In this document: positions 8,090-16,139 of the stretch, one piece after another
How the letters are laid out: each line of letters opens with the position of its first letter
How positions within the stretch are numbered: the first letter of the stretch is position 1
From: a virus
Strand: one strand, 5' to 3'
Length of the DNA stretch: 57,692 nt
IMG/VR virus record: IMGVR_UViG_3300037755_000365
Location: 1 to 57,692 of that record
Translations under genes and position numbers: made by a program
The notes under the pieces: generated by a model
What the model saw: only the letters and a program-made list of their open reading frames with translations
What the model was told of the DNA's origin: nothing
The model's database searches: none

Positions 8090-8589
8090 TGTCGTAACCT
8101 CTCAAATTCATTAGCAGCATCTTCCATCACTATTTCCTCATTCGTGTTGTGCTTCTCTACAGCAGAGTCCGTGCGCTCGTTGCACCACTTGAGATTGCAC
8201 GTAAGACATTCGGTGAAGTAGCCAAGTTGGCGGTGCTCGTGATTTCCGTTGTAGCAGACGCCCGGCTCCTGCCCTTCCACGGCAGTCGCGAATAGCGAAT
8301 CCTCGAGATCTTGAAGCCTCTCGTTCGGTATCCAACTTGAACCGTCCGCGCAGTGATCGACGCCTTGCAGCGCTTGACGGAGCGCCGATTGAGTCGCGCC
8401 TAATCTGCGCAGAGCATCGTCGCGCTCGCGCTTCACGTCCACATAGCCGACGATCTCAAGATCAGCGGCCAGCATGTCACGGAGCTTCGCAATTTCTTGC
8501 TGGGACGCGCCTAGCTTGCGCAGTTGCTCGCGGAGTTCTTTGCGAAGCTCGTGCTCGTCCATCATGTCGATCTGGTCAGGTTCGCTCAT
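8086..8589 (-). CDS. coiled-coil protein, paralogous segment shared with 25810..26283
   Basis: 167 aa; IAKLRDMLAADLEIVGYVDVKRERDD encoded by the 78-bp inverted repeat. Confidence 0.6.
   Translation of the reverse strand: MSEPDQIDMMDEHELRKELREQLRKLGASQQEIAKLRDMLAADLEIVGYVDVKRERDDALRRLGATQSALRQALQGVDHCADGSSWIPNERLQDLEDSLFATAVEGQEPGVCYNGNHEHRQLGYFTECLTCNLKWCNERTDSAVEKHNTNEEIVMEDAANEFERLRQ
8416..8493. repeat. 78-bp inverted repeat, arm A (partner 25975..26052)
   Basis: Reverse complement matches arm B at 73/78 positions including a 38-nt perfect run. Confidence 0.9.
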
Positions 8590-8762
8590 TCCGTCTCTCC
8601 AGCGCTTCCACTTGGTCCAGTATCAACGGACGCTTTGCCGGCCTCCCAGCCCTCGCGGAATGCGTACCACGCGATTAGGCGCTCGTGTTCTGAGCCCGGA
8701 ACTTCGTCTATCGGCCGATCCTTCTTCATCCAAGCCATGAACGCTTCGTCGATTTCGCTCAT
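8586..8762 (-). CDS. hypothetical protein
   Basis: ATG at 8762 (MSEIDEAFMAWMKK..) overlaps upstream stop as ATGA. Confidence 0.45.
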   Translation of the reverse strand: MSEIDEAFMAWMKKDRPIDEVPGSEHERLIAWYAFREGWEAGKASVDTGPSGSAGETE

Positions 8763-8956
8763 TTCGTCTCCCCACTGCTTCCAGTAATCTCGTGACCATT
8801 GGCACGCATGATCGCGACGTAGCAATCATCGCAGACCACGGCACAGTCCACATCAACAAAGCCGGCGGCGTCGCGCTCGGCTGCGGCCTCCTCATCGGAC
8901 CATCCCTTATCGAACACGCCGCCGCAGTTGTCGCAGCGGTATTGATTTTCGTTCAT
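8759..8956 (-). CDS. small zinc-ribbon-like protein
   Basis: ATG at 8956 preceded by GGGAG; YRCDNCGG .. VVCDDCY. Confidence 0.5.
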   Translation of the reverse strand: MNENQYRCDNCGGVFDKGWSDEEAAAERDAAGFVDVDCAVVCDDCYVAIMRANGHEITGSSGETK

Positions 8957-9147
8957 CGTGTCGTGTCTCCCGAGGACTGACGTCGTTTGCACCGTTTGCA
9001 CCACCGATCCGATCTGGGGCTCTCTAGCCGTCCAGGAACGATCAGAGAGCTGTCGCATAGTCGAATCCGGAATCCGGGCTCGTCAAGCGCCCCGACGTAG
9101 ACGTGTGCAACACGGTCCACTTCGCTCTGTCGCCATTCGGTGCTCAC
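8953..9147 (-). CDS. hypothetical protein
   Basis: GTG at 9147 overlaps upstream stop (GTGA); stop overlaps next ATG (ATGA). Confidence 0.35.
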   Translation of the reverse strand: MSTEWRQSEVDRVAHVYVGALDEPGFRIRLCDSSLIVPGRLESPRSDRWCKRCKRRQSSGDTTR

Positions 9148-9371
9148 GATGTTCTGCTTTCCCGAAGCATGCGTTCTTTCTCTCTGGCTGCGGCCATGTT
9201 CGCCTCCACGACGACAGGCTGTAGCTCGGCGAGCGTCTCCGTCCATACTGAAACGAGCAGCGTGTCGCCCGTGACTCCGGGGCCGACCGTGTACTCGAAG
9301 CCGGCGGCCGTCAGGTGCTCCTCGAAGATTTGGAGCTTCCAGGCGTCGATCGCTATCGCTGCTTTCTTCAT
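9144..9371 (-). CDS. hypothetical protein
   Basis: 75-aa ORF, ATGA coupling on both ends. Confidence 0.5.
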   Translation of the reverse strand: MKKAAIAIDAWKLQIFEEHLTAAGFEYTVGPGVTGDTLLVSVWTETLAELQPVVVEANMAAAREKERMLRESRTS

Positions 9372-9592
9372 GTGTCCCTCCGAAGCACTGCCGTTTTCAG
9401 GGCCCTCTCGAGCACCTCATAATCCAAGCCTTCCACGCATAGATGGCACAGTACGAGCTGGAGAATGCCGTCGACGCCACCGTGCTTGTGCGAGCCCGGT
9501 AGGTAGCCGAGGTCAATCACGATCGTTCGCCAGTCGTCATCATTGATCTCGCCCGTATCGTCGCCGCAGGCGTCGCAGATGACCTGGATCAT
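9368..9592 (-). CDS. small Cys-containing protein (ICDACG paralogue 1)
   Basis: ATG at 9592; MIQVICDACGDD .. CHLC. Confidence 0.5.
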   Translation of the reverse strand: MIQVICDACGDDTGEINDDDWRTIVIDLGYLPGSHKHGGVDGILQLVLCHLCVEGLDYEVLERALKTAVLRRDT

Positions 9593-9816
9593 GGGCGCTG
9601 CCTCGACTCGGCCTCTTGGGCCTCTACCATCTCGACGTCGTGACACTCCGACTTCATATGCTCGCCCGGCATCAGGCAGCGGTCGGGGAAGCAACAGCCC
9701 CACTCGTGCTCGGGGTTTCCGTCCGGCTCGTCAGACTCGTCGCAGCGGCATACCGAGTTCGGTTCCTCGCAGCGCTCACACCAGTAGCCGTACTCGGATG
9801 GATCTATTTCAATCAT
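9589..9816 (-). CDS. small Cys-rich acidic protein
   Basis: ATG at 9816; YWCERCEEPNSVCRCDE .. WGCCFPDRC. Confidence 0.45.
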   Translation of the reverse strand: MIEIDPSEYGYWCERCEEPNSVCRCDESDEPDGNPEHEWGCCFPDRCLMPGEHMKSECHDVEMVEAQEAESRQRP

Positions 9817-10009
9817 GGGTCGCGCCCTCCGAAGGCGCGGGCGGTTCGGCCTCGAGCGGATCAATCGCTCCCTCGCATGGACATAGGCACCAATGTTGCC
9901 GTCCGCAGTTGCCGCAGTCTCCGCGCTCACACGCCTCGCAGCGCGACACTTCGGCGATGATCCTGAGCACGTCTCGCTCGACGCCGGACATTTTGCCGCC
10001 TCTAGCCAT
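9809..10009 (-). CDS. small Cys-rich protein
   Basis: 66 aa; CEACERGDCGNCGRQHWCLCPC. Confidence 0.45.
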   Translation of the reverse strand: MARGGKMSGVERDVLRIIAEVSRCEACERGDCGNCGRQHWCLCPCEGAIDPLEAEPPAPSEGATHD

Positions 10010-10211
10010 CGCGTTTCTCCAGTGTCGCCGCGAGCCCCGGTAACGCTTTCAGCAGATCGGACTTGCATCCGGCACACAGTTCCAACTCGGCGTAGATCTC
10101 GCGTCCGCCATCATCGCCTCGGAATTGCAGCACGACGCCATCCGGGAAGAATGGCGGATTGCCCCAATCGTCCTTTTCTCCGCAAGCGTCGCAGATGATG
10201 ATCTTACTCAC
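10002..10211 (-). CDS. small Cys-containing protein (ICDACG paralogue 2)
   Basis: GTG start; SKIIICDACGEKDD .. CAGC. Confidence 0.5.
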   Translation of the reverse strand: MSKIIICDACGEKDDWGNPPFFPDGVVLQFRGDDGGREIYAELELCAGCKSDLLKALPGLAATLEKRDG

Positions 10212-10381
10212 AGGGTCGTGCTCTTTGAGGACAGTCGTCTGATGTACGCAGCGACCGCCTTAGCTGCTTTCCTGTAGGACGCCTGGACACTCGCTTCATC
10301 TGTCGCCCAACCAACCATCCAGCCGGTGTGCCGCTCGATGATACGGGCGACGGTCTGTTGCTGTTTGTCAGTTAGGGTCAC
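10208..10381 (-). CDS. 57-aa hypothetical protein (below ORF-track cutoff)
   Basis: Hand translation VTLTDKQQQTVARIIERHTGW..; stop overlaps next start as GTGA. Confidence 0.3.
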   Translation of the reverse strand: MTLTDKQQQTVARIIERHTGWMVGWATDEASVQASYRKAAKAVAAYIRRLSSKSTTL

Positions 10382-10607
10382 GAGATTGCCTCGGCACGGA
10401 ACGAGCGGCCTGCGCCTCGTTGTGCGGATTCACTGTTGGGCTCGTTACAGCGCCGTTGTTGCGAATGACCGCCCACGACCACGCTTCGGCGCCCGCAACG
10501 CGAAGCTCGAACTGAATCTCACCCTCCGGCAACTCCGGGTGTCCGGTGTTGCGAAGGACGTTCTGAACCGCGTCTGCGATCGCTCGCTTCTGAGCTACTG
10601 AAAACAT
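10368..10607 (-). CDS. hypothetical protein
   Basis: 79-aa ORF in the leftward operon. Confidence 0.5.
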   Translation of the reverse strand: MFSVAQKRAIADAVQNVLRNTGHPELPEGEIQFELRVAGAEAWSWAVIRNNGAVTSPTVNPHNEAQAARSVPRQSRDPN

Positions 10608-10612
10608 CGTGC

Positions 10613-10732
10613 TTACTCCCTGCGCGGTAATAGCAGATCAAGGAACGCGTGCTTGTTCGCGTCGTCTCGATAGTCTAGCCCGCGCTCTTTGCACCAAGCT
10701 CGATATAGGTCGTAGAGAAATCCGCTCTGCAT
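10613..10732 (-). CDS. 39-aa hypothetical protein
   Basis: ATG at 10732 preceded by GGGGAAGGGG; longer track version 10613..10828 would overlap upstream gene. Confidence 0.35.
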   Translation of the reverse strand: MQSGFLYDLYRAWCKERGLDYRDDANKHAFLDLLLPRRE

Positions 10733-10748
10733 AACCCCTTCCCCTGCG

Positions 10749-10988
10749 CTATGCAGTGGGCTGAAACTTTCGTTCGGCGCCCCAGTCGCAACGCTTCCAT
10801 CGGCCAATCGGTTTGTACCGAAGCGCAACCATGATCTTTGTGAGCGACGCCAACGTTAGCTCTCCGGTCGGTGGCGCCGAGATGTCCCAAGTTCTGTTGT
10901 CGTCCTCGGCGAAGAATACGCGAGCCACCCCATCATCCTCATACAACTGAACCAGCGTTTTGTCGGTCGGGTTCACCCAGTTAGGCAT
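10749..10988 (-). CDS. hypothetical protein
   Basis: ATG at 10988 with GGAG 6 nt upstream. Confidence 0.45.
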   Translation of the reverse strand: MPNWVNPTDKTLVQLYEDDGVARVFFAEDDNRTWDISAPPTGELTLASLTKIMVALRYKPIGRWKRCDWGAERKFQPTA

Positions 10989-11015
10989 TGCGATCTCCAA
11001 AGGTAATGGCCCATG

Positions 11016-11198
11016 TCAGGCAGCGTCCTCGGCCTCGTTCTCCGCAGTCGATCGGCCGTCGCCCTTGATGGCAACGAAGCCCTCATCGTGCTCAACGCAT
11101 ATGATGTCGTTGATCCATCCGTCCGGCTTGTCGGTCACGTAAACGTCGGTGCCAGCGGGGAAGTCGCTCAGCTTCGCAATCAGTTCCCAAACCTTCAT
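11016..11198 (-). CDS. hypothetical protein
   Basis: 60-aa acidic ORF. Confidence 0.5.
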   Translation of the reverse strand: MKVWELIAKLSDFPAGTDVYVTDKPDGWINDIICVEHDEGFVAIKGDGRSTAENEAEDAA

Positions 11199-11313
11199 GT
11201 TCGTCCTCCGTTCACCATAAACTCGCTCCTATTCGCGCCCAGCGACGCTATCAGCCGCTATTCGCACTGTTGGCGTAGACGTAAGTTTCTGATTCGGCGA
11301 GAATCGCCATCGG

Positions 11314-11359
11314 ATTCGTAATGCGTGGGTCGGCGGTTCGAATCCGTCCACCGGCACCA
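11314..11359 (+). other. 3' half of a tRNA-Thr(CGU)-like gene; candidate attP core
   Basis: Canonical numbering fits: anticodon loop TTCGTAA (CGT), TGCGT, variable GGGTC, T arm GGCGG-TTCGAAT-CCGTC, acceptor CACCGGC, A73, CCA. No matching 5' half upstream; 33 nt from integrase stop. Confidence 0.65.
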
Positions 11360-11392
11360 ATCCAATCAATGACTTATGTCGCCATTCGCACA

Positions 11393-12493
11393 TCATTGCG
11401 TTGTCTTCGCACCAGGCAGGCGCGCCACTTTGTCCGGCAGATTGCGCTTGTCCAGCACGTCCACCACGCGATCCTGATTCCCCGGCGCCAGGTGGGCATA
11501 CCGTTCCGTCTGCGTGATCGACTTGTGGCCGAGCCATTTCTGCACGTCGTACAGCGAGACGCCGGCCTGCACGAGCCGTGAAGCGCAGGTGTGCCGTAGC
11601 GAGTGGGTCGTCACGTCCCGCAAGCCCGCCTTGTTACGGATCAGGATGAATCGGTGGCTGAACCAGCTCACGGCCGATTCCTCGCGCTTCTTGCTCTCGG
11701 TCGCCCCGCGGACACGCAGCATCCAGTAGCGGTTGCCGAGCAGAAACTCGATCGCAGCCAGTGCGCGCTCCGTGAGAATCACGCCGTTGCTGTCCGCGGC
11801 TTTCCGATCGGTAAAGAGAGCCCGCGTCCGTTGCGTGCCCTTCGACTTCACGAGATCGTAGGAGCGGACCTTGACGAACTCTCCGAGCCTCGCTCCCGAG
11901 TCAACGAGGAAGGTGATACCGGCGCGCATAACGTCGCATTGCTCGTATGGCAGCGAGCCGCACGTGGTCAGCAACAGCGCTTCCTCGTCTGGCTCGTCGC
12001 GCAACCAGCGATCCTTGGCGCCCGCGGCCTCGAGCTCCGGCACGGCTGGTAGCTGTTTGATCCAGCCGAGCTTCTGCGCTTCCTTGAGCGCGAACAGGAG
12101 ACACGAGAGCCGCGCCCGGATCGTGGCCGGCGCGAGATCGCGGTTCCGCATGTCCGTGACCCACTCCACGAGGCGGGCGTAGTCCACCTTCGTGACGGGC
12201 TCGCCCCCGAGTTCCTTCGCGACGACCTTGCGGATGTAGTTCTTCTTCGTGGCCCCTTTGGCGTGCTGCCACCGGAGATCCCATGTGTGATCTAAGGCGT
12301 CACTGACCTTCTTCTTGTTGAACATCCCGCCAGAATCGGCGAGGTACGCGTCTAGCTCAATACGATCGAAGCGGATGGTCCGCTCGCCGTGCCGAATCTC
12401 AGTGAGTTGCGGGCGGATTCTCTCGTCGAAGATGAACCGGCTCACCCCGAGGTAGTCGCGGGCTTGCGCTGGGCTTAGGTGCTGGCCACTCAT
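11393..12493 (-). CDS. int: tyrosine integrase with N-terminal excisionase-type HTH
   Basis: HSLRHTCASRLVQAGVSLYDVQKWLGHKSITQTERYAHL catalytic box; N-terminus LSPAQARDYLGVSRFIF..RFDRIELDAYL. Confidence 0.9.
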   Translation of the reverse strand: MSGQHLSPAQARDYLGVSRFIFDERIRPQLTEIRHGERTIRFDRIELDAYLADSGGMFNKKKVSDALDHTWDLRWQHAKGATKKNYIRKVVAKELGGEPVTKVDYARLVEWVTDMRNRDLAPATIRARLSCLLFALKEAQKLGWIKQLPAVPELEAAGAKDRWLRDEPDEEALLLTTCGSLPYEQCDVMRAGITFLVDSGARLGEFVKVRSYDLVKSKGTQRTRALFTDRKAADSNGVILTERALAAIEFLLGNRYWMLRVRGATESKKREESAVSWFSHRFILIRNKAGLRDVTTHSLRHTCASRLVQAGVSLYDVQKWLGHKSITQTERYAHLAPGNQDRVVDVLDKRNLPDKVARLPGAKTTQ

Positions 12494-12630
12494 GACCGCA
12501 GTCCCGGCACACGAGCATGGAACCGCGAAGCGCGAGCTTCGAGCCGTCGAGCGGGCAGAGCGCCGGCCCGGTATCTTTTATTGTTCGCATGCATCGATTC
12601 TACCATTAGTGCAGGGCTTCCGTGCGGCGG

Positions 12631-12855
12631 TTACCCTTTCGCATCCAAAAACTGATTCAGGCGCTTTGCGAGCAAGCGCGCATCTGCTGAAGTGAGCCTT
12701 GTAAGATGCTCTGCCCCTCCGTCTTTCGTTGGATACCATACGACCCCGATGCGGTCGTCTAATGGATTACGAAACACGACCGCGTTCGGTGCGCCGCCCT
12801 GAATGTTGCCGAGCGGCTTACGGAGAACGCAGACGATGTTGGCTCTTTTAGGCAT
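12631..12855 (-). CDS. hypothetical protein
   Basis: ATG at 12855 in track ORF 12631..12915. Confidence 0.45.
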   Translation of the reverse strand: MPKRANIVCVLRKPLGNIQGGAPNAVVFRNPLDDRIGVVWYPTKDGGAEHLTRLTSADARLLAKRLNQFLDAKG

Positions 12856-12869
12856 GGTTGCTGAAAGAC

Positions 12870-13070
12870 TCAGTACAGTCCCCACTCGCGCGTGGGCGGC
12901 CGCGGCTCGTAGCAAATGCCCTTTTCAGCCACGAGCACGTAGAACGTGCGACCCCAACGCTGCATAGACAGCCGTCTTGCTTCTGAGGCCGCAGCCTCAT
13001 GGGTGGCGTGCATTTTTGTGGGGCCGGCTCCCTCCGGCGACCACACCATCCAGAATCGACGTTCGGTCAT
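12870..13070 (-). CDS. hypothetical protein
   Basis: 66-aa ORF. Confidence 0.5.
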   Translation of the reverse strand: MTERRFWMVWSPEGAGPTKMHATHEAAASEARRLSMQRWGRTFYVLVAEKGICYEPRPPTREWGLY

Positions 13071-13097
13071 TTCGTAAATCTCCCGTCTGGTTGAAGC

Positions 13098-13268
13098 TCA
13101 GTCTCTATCCGGGACTTTGGCGCGCCGCTTGCGCGCTACGATGTCGCTGATGTACGGCGCCGAGACCTTGAACATTCTCGCCGTGGCGCGAATTCCCCCA
13201 GCACGCGTGTACATTTTTCTGATCCAGCGAACATCGCTATCGCTCAGTTTTGGTCGTTTCTTCTTCAT
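13098..13268 (-). CDS. 56-aa HTH protein (below ORF-track cutoff)
   Basis: Hand translation MKKKRPKLSDSDVRWIRKMYTRAGGIRATARMFKVSAPYISDIVARKRRAKVPDRD; resembles the C-terminal HTH tails of the HNH proteins at 23251 and 32840. Confidence 0.45.
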   Translation of the reverse strand: MKKKRPKLSDSDVRWIRKMYTRAGGIRATARMFKVSAPYISDIVARKRRAKVPDRD

Positions 13269-13293
13269 GCTCGTGCGTTGGTTGTCCAGTTAC

Positions 13294-14139
13294 CTAAAGC
13301 CACGCGCGCCCGATGTGGCGCGCGAGATCGAGCGGGATTTTCGCGATCATCGCAGAGGCGGCTTTGCGCTTGCTCGACTTTGAGCCTGCGTTCTTGATTC
13401 CGTCTCGCGGATCATTCCGTCCGTCAGGATTGCGCCCCTTGCCGCTCGTCGTGTTGTGCGCGACGTTGAACCAGGAGCCGCCGGTATTCTTTCGGCCAAC
13501 GGCGCCATTGAAAGCTACCGGCTTATAGCCTTCTTTCCCGTAGTCGCTCCAAGAGAAGCCACCGCGCTTTACGCCTTCTACGCTTTGCAACTTGCGCACC
13601 ATTGGCATCAGCGCCGGCACGTCGCCCCACAAGTGGAACGAGCCGAAGTTCCACCGTGACCGACCGACCCACGGAATGGCGCCGCGCACGTTCTCGACCA
13701 CGAGCGGTATGTGATGCCCCGCCGCCTCGATCGCCTCTCGCTGAATCCGAAAACAGGCATCGAATAGAGCACTGAGCTCGTTGACCGTCCTCGATCCCGT
13801 GTAGCCGTCTGGAAACTCGCCCTCACCACGCAGCGCCGCAGCGATCTGCTTTGCCCGCGTCCACGGCATTGCCATGTAGCTGTACTCTGTGCAGGGCGGT
13901 GAGGCGACAATCAGCGACGCATCCTTGAACTGCCGGCCGTGCAGCGTGAGCACGTCTTGGATCACGAGCTTCCCCGGATAGCGGTGCTCGCCGTAGACGT
14001 GCCGCTCGTTGTCGAAGCCGATCACGTCGTAACCCTCGGCTAATAGACCATCCGTCCATCCCCCGAGCCCGCAAAAAAGATCAATTGCCAATGTCAATTC
14101 GTCCTCTGCTGTTCTTGGCGGCGGTTGCCTATCGCACAC
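13294..14139 (-). CDS. DNA (cytosine-5) methyltransferase, orphan
   Basis: Motif I DLFCGLGG, motif IV ASPPCTEYS, motif VI VVENVRG; no adjacent restriction endonuclease recognisable. Confidence 0.85.
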   Translation of the reverse strand: MCDRQPPPRTAEDELTLAIDLFCGLGGWTDGLLAEGYDVIGFDNERHVYGEHRYPGKLVIQDVLTLHGRQFKDASLIVASPPCTEYSYMAMPWTRAKQIAAALRGEGEFPDGYTGSRTVNELSALFDACFRIQREAIEAAGHHIPLVVENVRGAIPWVGRSRWNFGSFHLWGDVPALMPMVRKLQSVEGVKRGGFSWSDYGKEGYKPVAFNGAVGRKNTGGSWFNVAHNTTSGKGRNPDGRNDPRDGIKNAGSKSSKRKAASAMIAKIPLDLARHIGRAWL

Positions 14140-14278
14140 CGGCCCGGTATCGCACGTAATTACTCCCGAAAATACCGCCGCCCACCATCGCCAAAATCCA
14201 GTCGTGTGGGACCACGTTCGTAACGATGGAGAATAGGGCGATGCCCGCGCCGATAAACATCCAAGTGACTGTGTTCAT
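14129..14278 (-). CDS. 49-aa two-TM membrane peptide
   Basis: ATG at 14278 preceded by GGAG; MNTVTWMFIGAGIALFSIVTNVVPHDWILAMVGGGIFG. Confidence 0.4.
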   Translation of the reverse strand: MNTVTWMFIGAGIALFSIVTNVVPHDWILAMVGGGIFGSNYVRYRAGVR

Positions 14279-14289
14279 AGTGTCTCCGT

Positions 14290-14496
14290 CTAAACCGGAC
14301 TCGGTTCTTCGTATGCGAGCACCGAAACCACATAAGGAACTTCCGGCTTCGGCGGATAACAGTACGGGCATTCGCATTTTTTGTAGTGCCGCGTACCGCA
14401 GTCTTTGCACGGCCATTTTTTGTGCGCCTCGCAGAAACGAAGGCGTGCACGCGGGTTCTCACTCTTGACGATGTAAAATGCCGCTGCCCCCATCAC
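14290..14496 (-). CDS. small Cys-rich protein
   Basis: 68 aa; CEAHKKWPCKDCGTRHYKKCECPYC. Confidence 0.45.
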   Translation of the reverse strand: MMGAAAFYIVKSENPRARLRFCEAHKKWPCKDCGTRHYKKCECPYCYPPKPEVPYVVSVLAYEEPSPV

Positions 14497-14500
14497 ACTG

Positions 14501-14689
14501 TTACCCTGTGATCCGCGCCGTGGTCGCTACGTGATCGTCCACGATCTCCTTTGCGACATGGATTGCCGATCTCGCGCCGTGCAGCCACGCCTCTTTCAGA
14601 AGTTTCAGCGCGTCCTTCGGCATCTCGTCGGTGTCGATGTCGTTCGCATCAACGAAGTCTTGCCATTGGTCGGTCATCCAGTCGCTCAT
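14501..14689 (-). CDS. hypothetical acidic protein
   Basis: 62-aa ORF. Confidence 0.5.
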   Translation of the reverse strand: MSDWMTDQWQDFVDANDIDTDEMPKDALKLLKEAWLHGARSAIHVAKEIVDDHVATTARITG

Positions 14690-14799
14690 GATCCTGTTAC
14701 CTCATCTGCCCTCAGCGCCCACCACGACCGCCTGTCTTCGCGGGCGGCACCGCGACAGGATTGTTGTAGTCATGGCGGGCGCCTTGGGCATTTCAAAAC

Positions 14800-15504
14800 T
14801 CACCACATTGCTTCCACGCGCTTCACCATCAGCGCAAGTTCATCGTTGAATCTGTCGATGCCGTCTCGAAGCTCTGCCAGTTCGTCCTTGACCTTGCTGC
14901 GCACGACGCGGTAGACGAACGGCGGCAAGCCGCGACAATGACTCATGAAGTCCCACCACTCACGCTCGGAGACGAGCAGCGAGCCGATGACCTGCCATCG
15001 GTATTGGCTCGGTAAGGTGCCGGCCTCCAAGTTCTCGATCTGGCGGTGCGGTAGAACGTCCTTGATCTCAAGCCCGCCGTCGTCTCCGATCAGCGAGTCC
15101 GGGGAACAGCCGCAGGTATCGTTGCGGATGAAGGCCACGCGCTCGGGGTCGATTCCGTTAAGCATGGCGTAGAGCGTCCGTGCCGAGTCCTCGTTCTCCT
15201 TGCCGCGCTCCGTGTGCCGATTACCCGCCCACTCCGATTCACCGACCTCGCCAGTGATAATCTCGCCCGCCAGCGTGCGCATGTAGTTCACGCGCATCAC
15301 GTACTCTTTGTGCGATGTGCCTCCACGCGGCCCGGCCTTAGCCATGACCTTGTGGAACTCAGAGCTGGTCGGGATGCCAAGCCGCAGAGCCAGCCATTCA
15401 TCTGAGCCTTGCTCGATGTCGCGGTAGACCTCCACTATTCGGCCTCGGGTGTCTTGCGAGACTTCTTCGATTGTTCGCCCTTGGCGCGGAGCAGCTTCAC
15501 GCAC
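14800..15504 (-). CDS. YqaJ-type (lambda-Exo-like) recombination exonuclease
   Basis: EQGSDEWLALRLGIPTSSEFHKV and GCSPDSL..GGLEIKD; directly downstream of the SSAP gene; true start may be internal (70-nt overlap with erf). Confidence 0.8.
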   Translation of the reverse strand: MREAAPRQGRTIEEVSQDTRGRIVEVYRDIEQGSDEWLALRLGIPTSSEFHKVMAKAGPRGGTSHKEYVMRVNYMRTLAGEIITGEVGESEWAGNRHTERGKENEDSARTLYAMLNGIDPERVAFIRNDTCGCSPDSLIGDDGGLEIKDVLPHRQIENLEAGTLPSQYRWQVIGSLLVSEREWWDFMSHCRGLPPFVYRVVRSKVKDELAELRDGIDRFNDELALMVKRVEAMW

Positions 15505-16139
15505 GTATCGAAAGCGCGCGCAGGAATGTCCTCCAACGTCTCGGCCTTGAGGTACTTGAGAAAGGCTTCCTCGTCGGCCTCGGTCTCGGCGATCTTCTCC
15601 TTGAGCAGCGTTACCTGTTCCGCTGAGACGCGCGGAACGCCGCCGTAGGGCTCGACACGGCTCTCGTCGTCCTCCCCAGTCTCGATGTTGAATACTTTCA
15701 GGATGACGCCTTTGGTAGCGTAGGAAACCGCCTTACCTGGTGCCTTGTCGCCTGAGTCGTTGGCGTGCGACTCGGCGGGCACAACAATCTTGTCGTCTGG
15801 CTGGTCGCAGTTCACGAACTCGATATCGTATTTCGCTTCGTAGCGCCAGATCGGCGTGCCGTGCTTCGTCTCCCCTACTTGCGAGATGGCGCTTGAGATC
15901 AGTTTGGGTACGATCAAGACGCCATGTTCAATCAGGTGATTGCGGACCAAGGCCGTTACGGCGTCGTGCGTCGTGGCTTTGTACGGCTTGCCACCAGTCT
16001 CAACCGTCTTGTCCTTTCGGACGTACCAGACCTTCATGCGGACCTCGTTGACCCGCTGATAGATGTTCAGCGGCACCTTCGGTGGCTCCTGAGTTTCCAG
16101 AGCCGGGATGCGAGGAACTTCGTTCTTGTTAGCGGCCAT
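15435..16139 (-). CDS. erf: ERF-family single-strand annealing protein
   Basis: ATG at 16139 within track ORF 15435..16379; 234 aa; KATTHDAVTALVRNHLIEHGVLIVPK core; paired with exonuclease. Confidence 0.65.
   Translation of the reverse strand: MAANKNEVPRIPALETQEPPKVPLNIYQRVNEVRMKVWYVRKDKTVETGGKPYKATTHDAVTALVRNHLIEHGVLIVPKLISSAISQVGETKHGTPIWRYEAKYDIEFVNCDQPDDKIVVPAESHANDSGDKAPGKAVSYATKGVILKVFNIETGEDDESRVEPYGGVPRVSAEQVTLLKEKIAETEADEEAFLKYLKAETLEDIPARAFDTCVKLLRAKGEQSKKSRKTPEAE

Noticed and set aside
11284-11359. Possible complete tRNA gene next to the integrase
   Set aside because: Only positions 31-76 fit a tRNA. The 5' acceptor strand expected from CACCGGC (GCCGGTG) and a D arm are absent upstream. 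The would-be 5' anticodon-stem strand does not pair. It was kept as a tRNA 3' fragment/attP instead.
12399-12590. 63-aa zinc-ribbon-like ORF upstream of int (CPLDGSKL..VCRDCGHEW) with a TAGAAT box just upstream
   Set aside because: It overlaps the integrase 5' end by 95 nt. The overlapping part translates to low-complexity Pro/Arg sequence, while the integrase frame there encodes a convincing HTH. The first cysteine pair is also degenerate. It is possibly a remnant and was not called.
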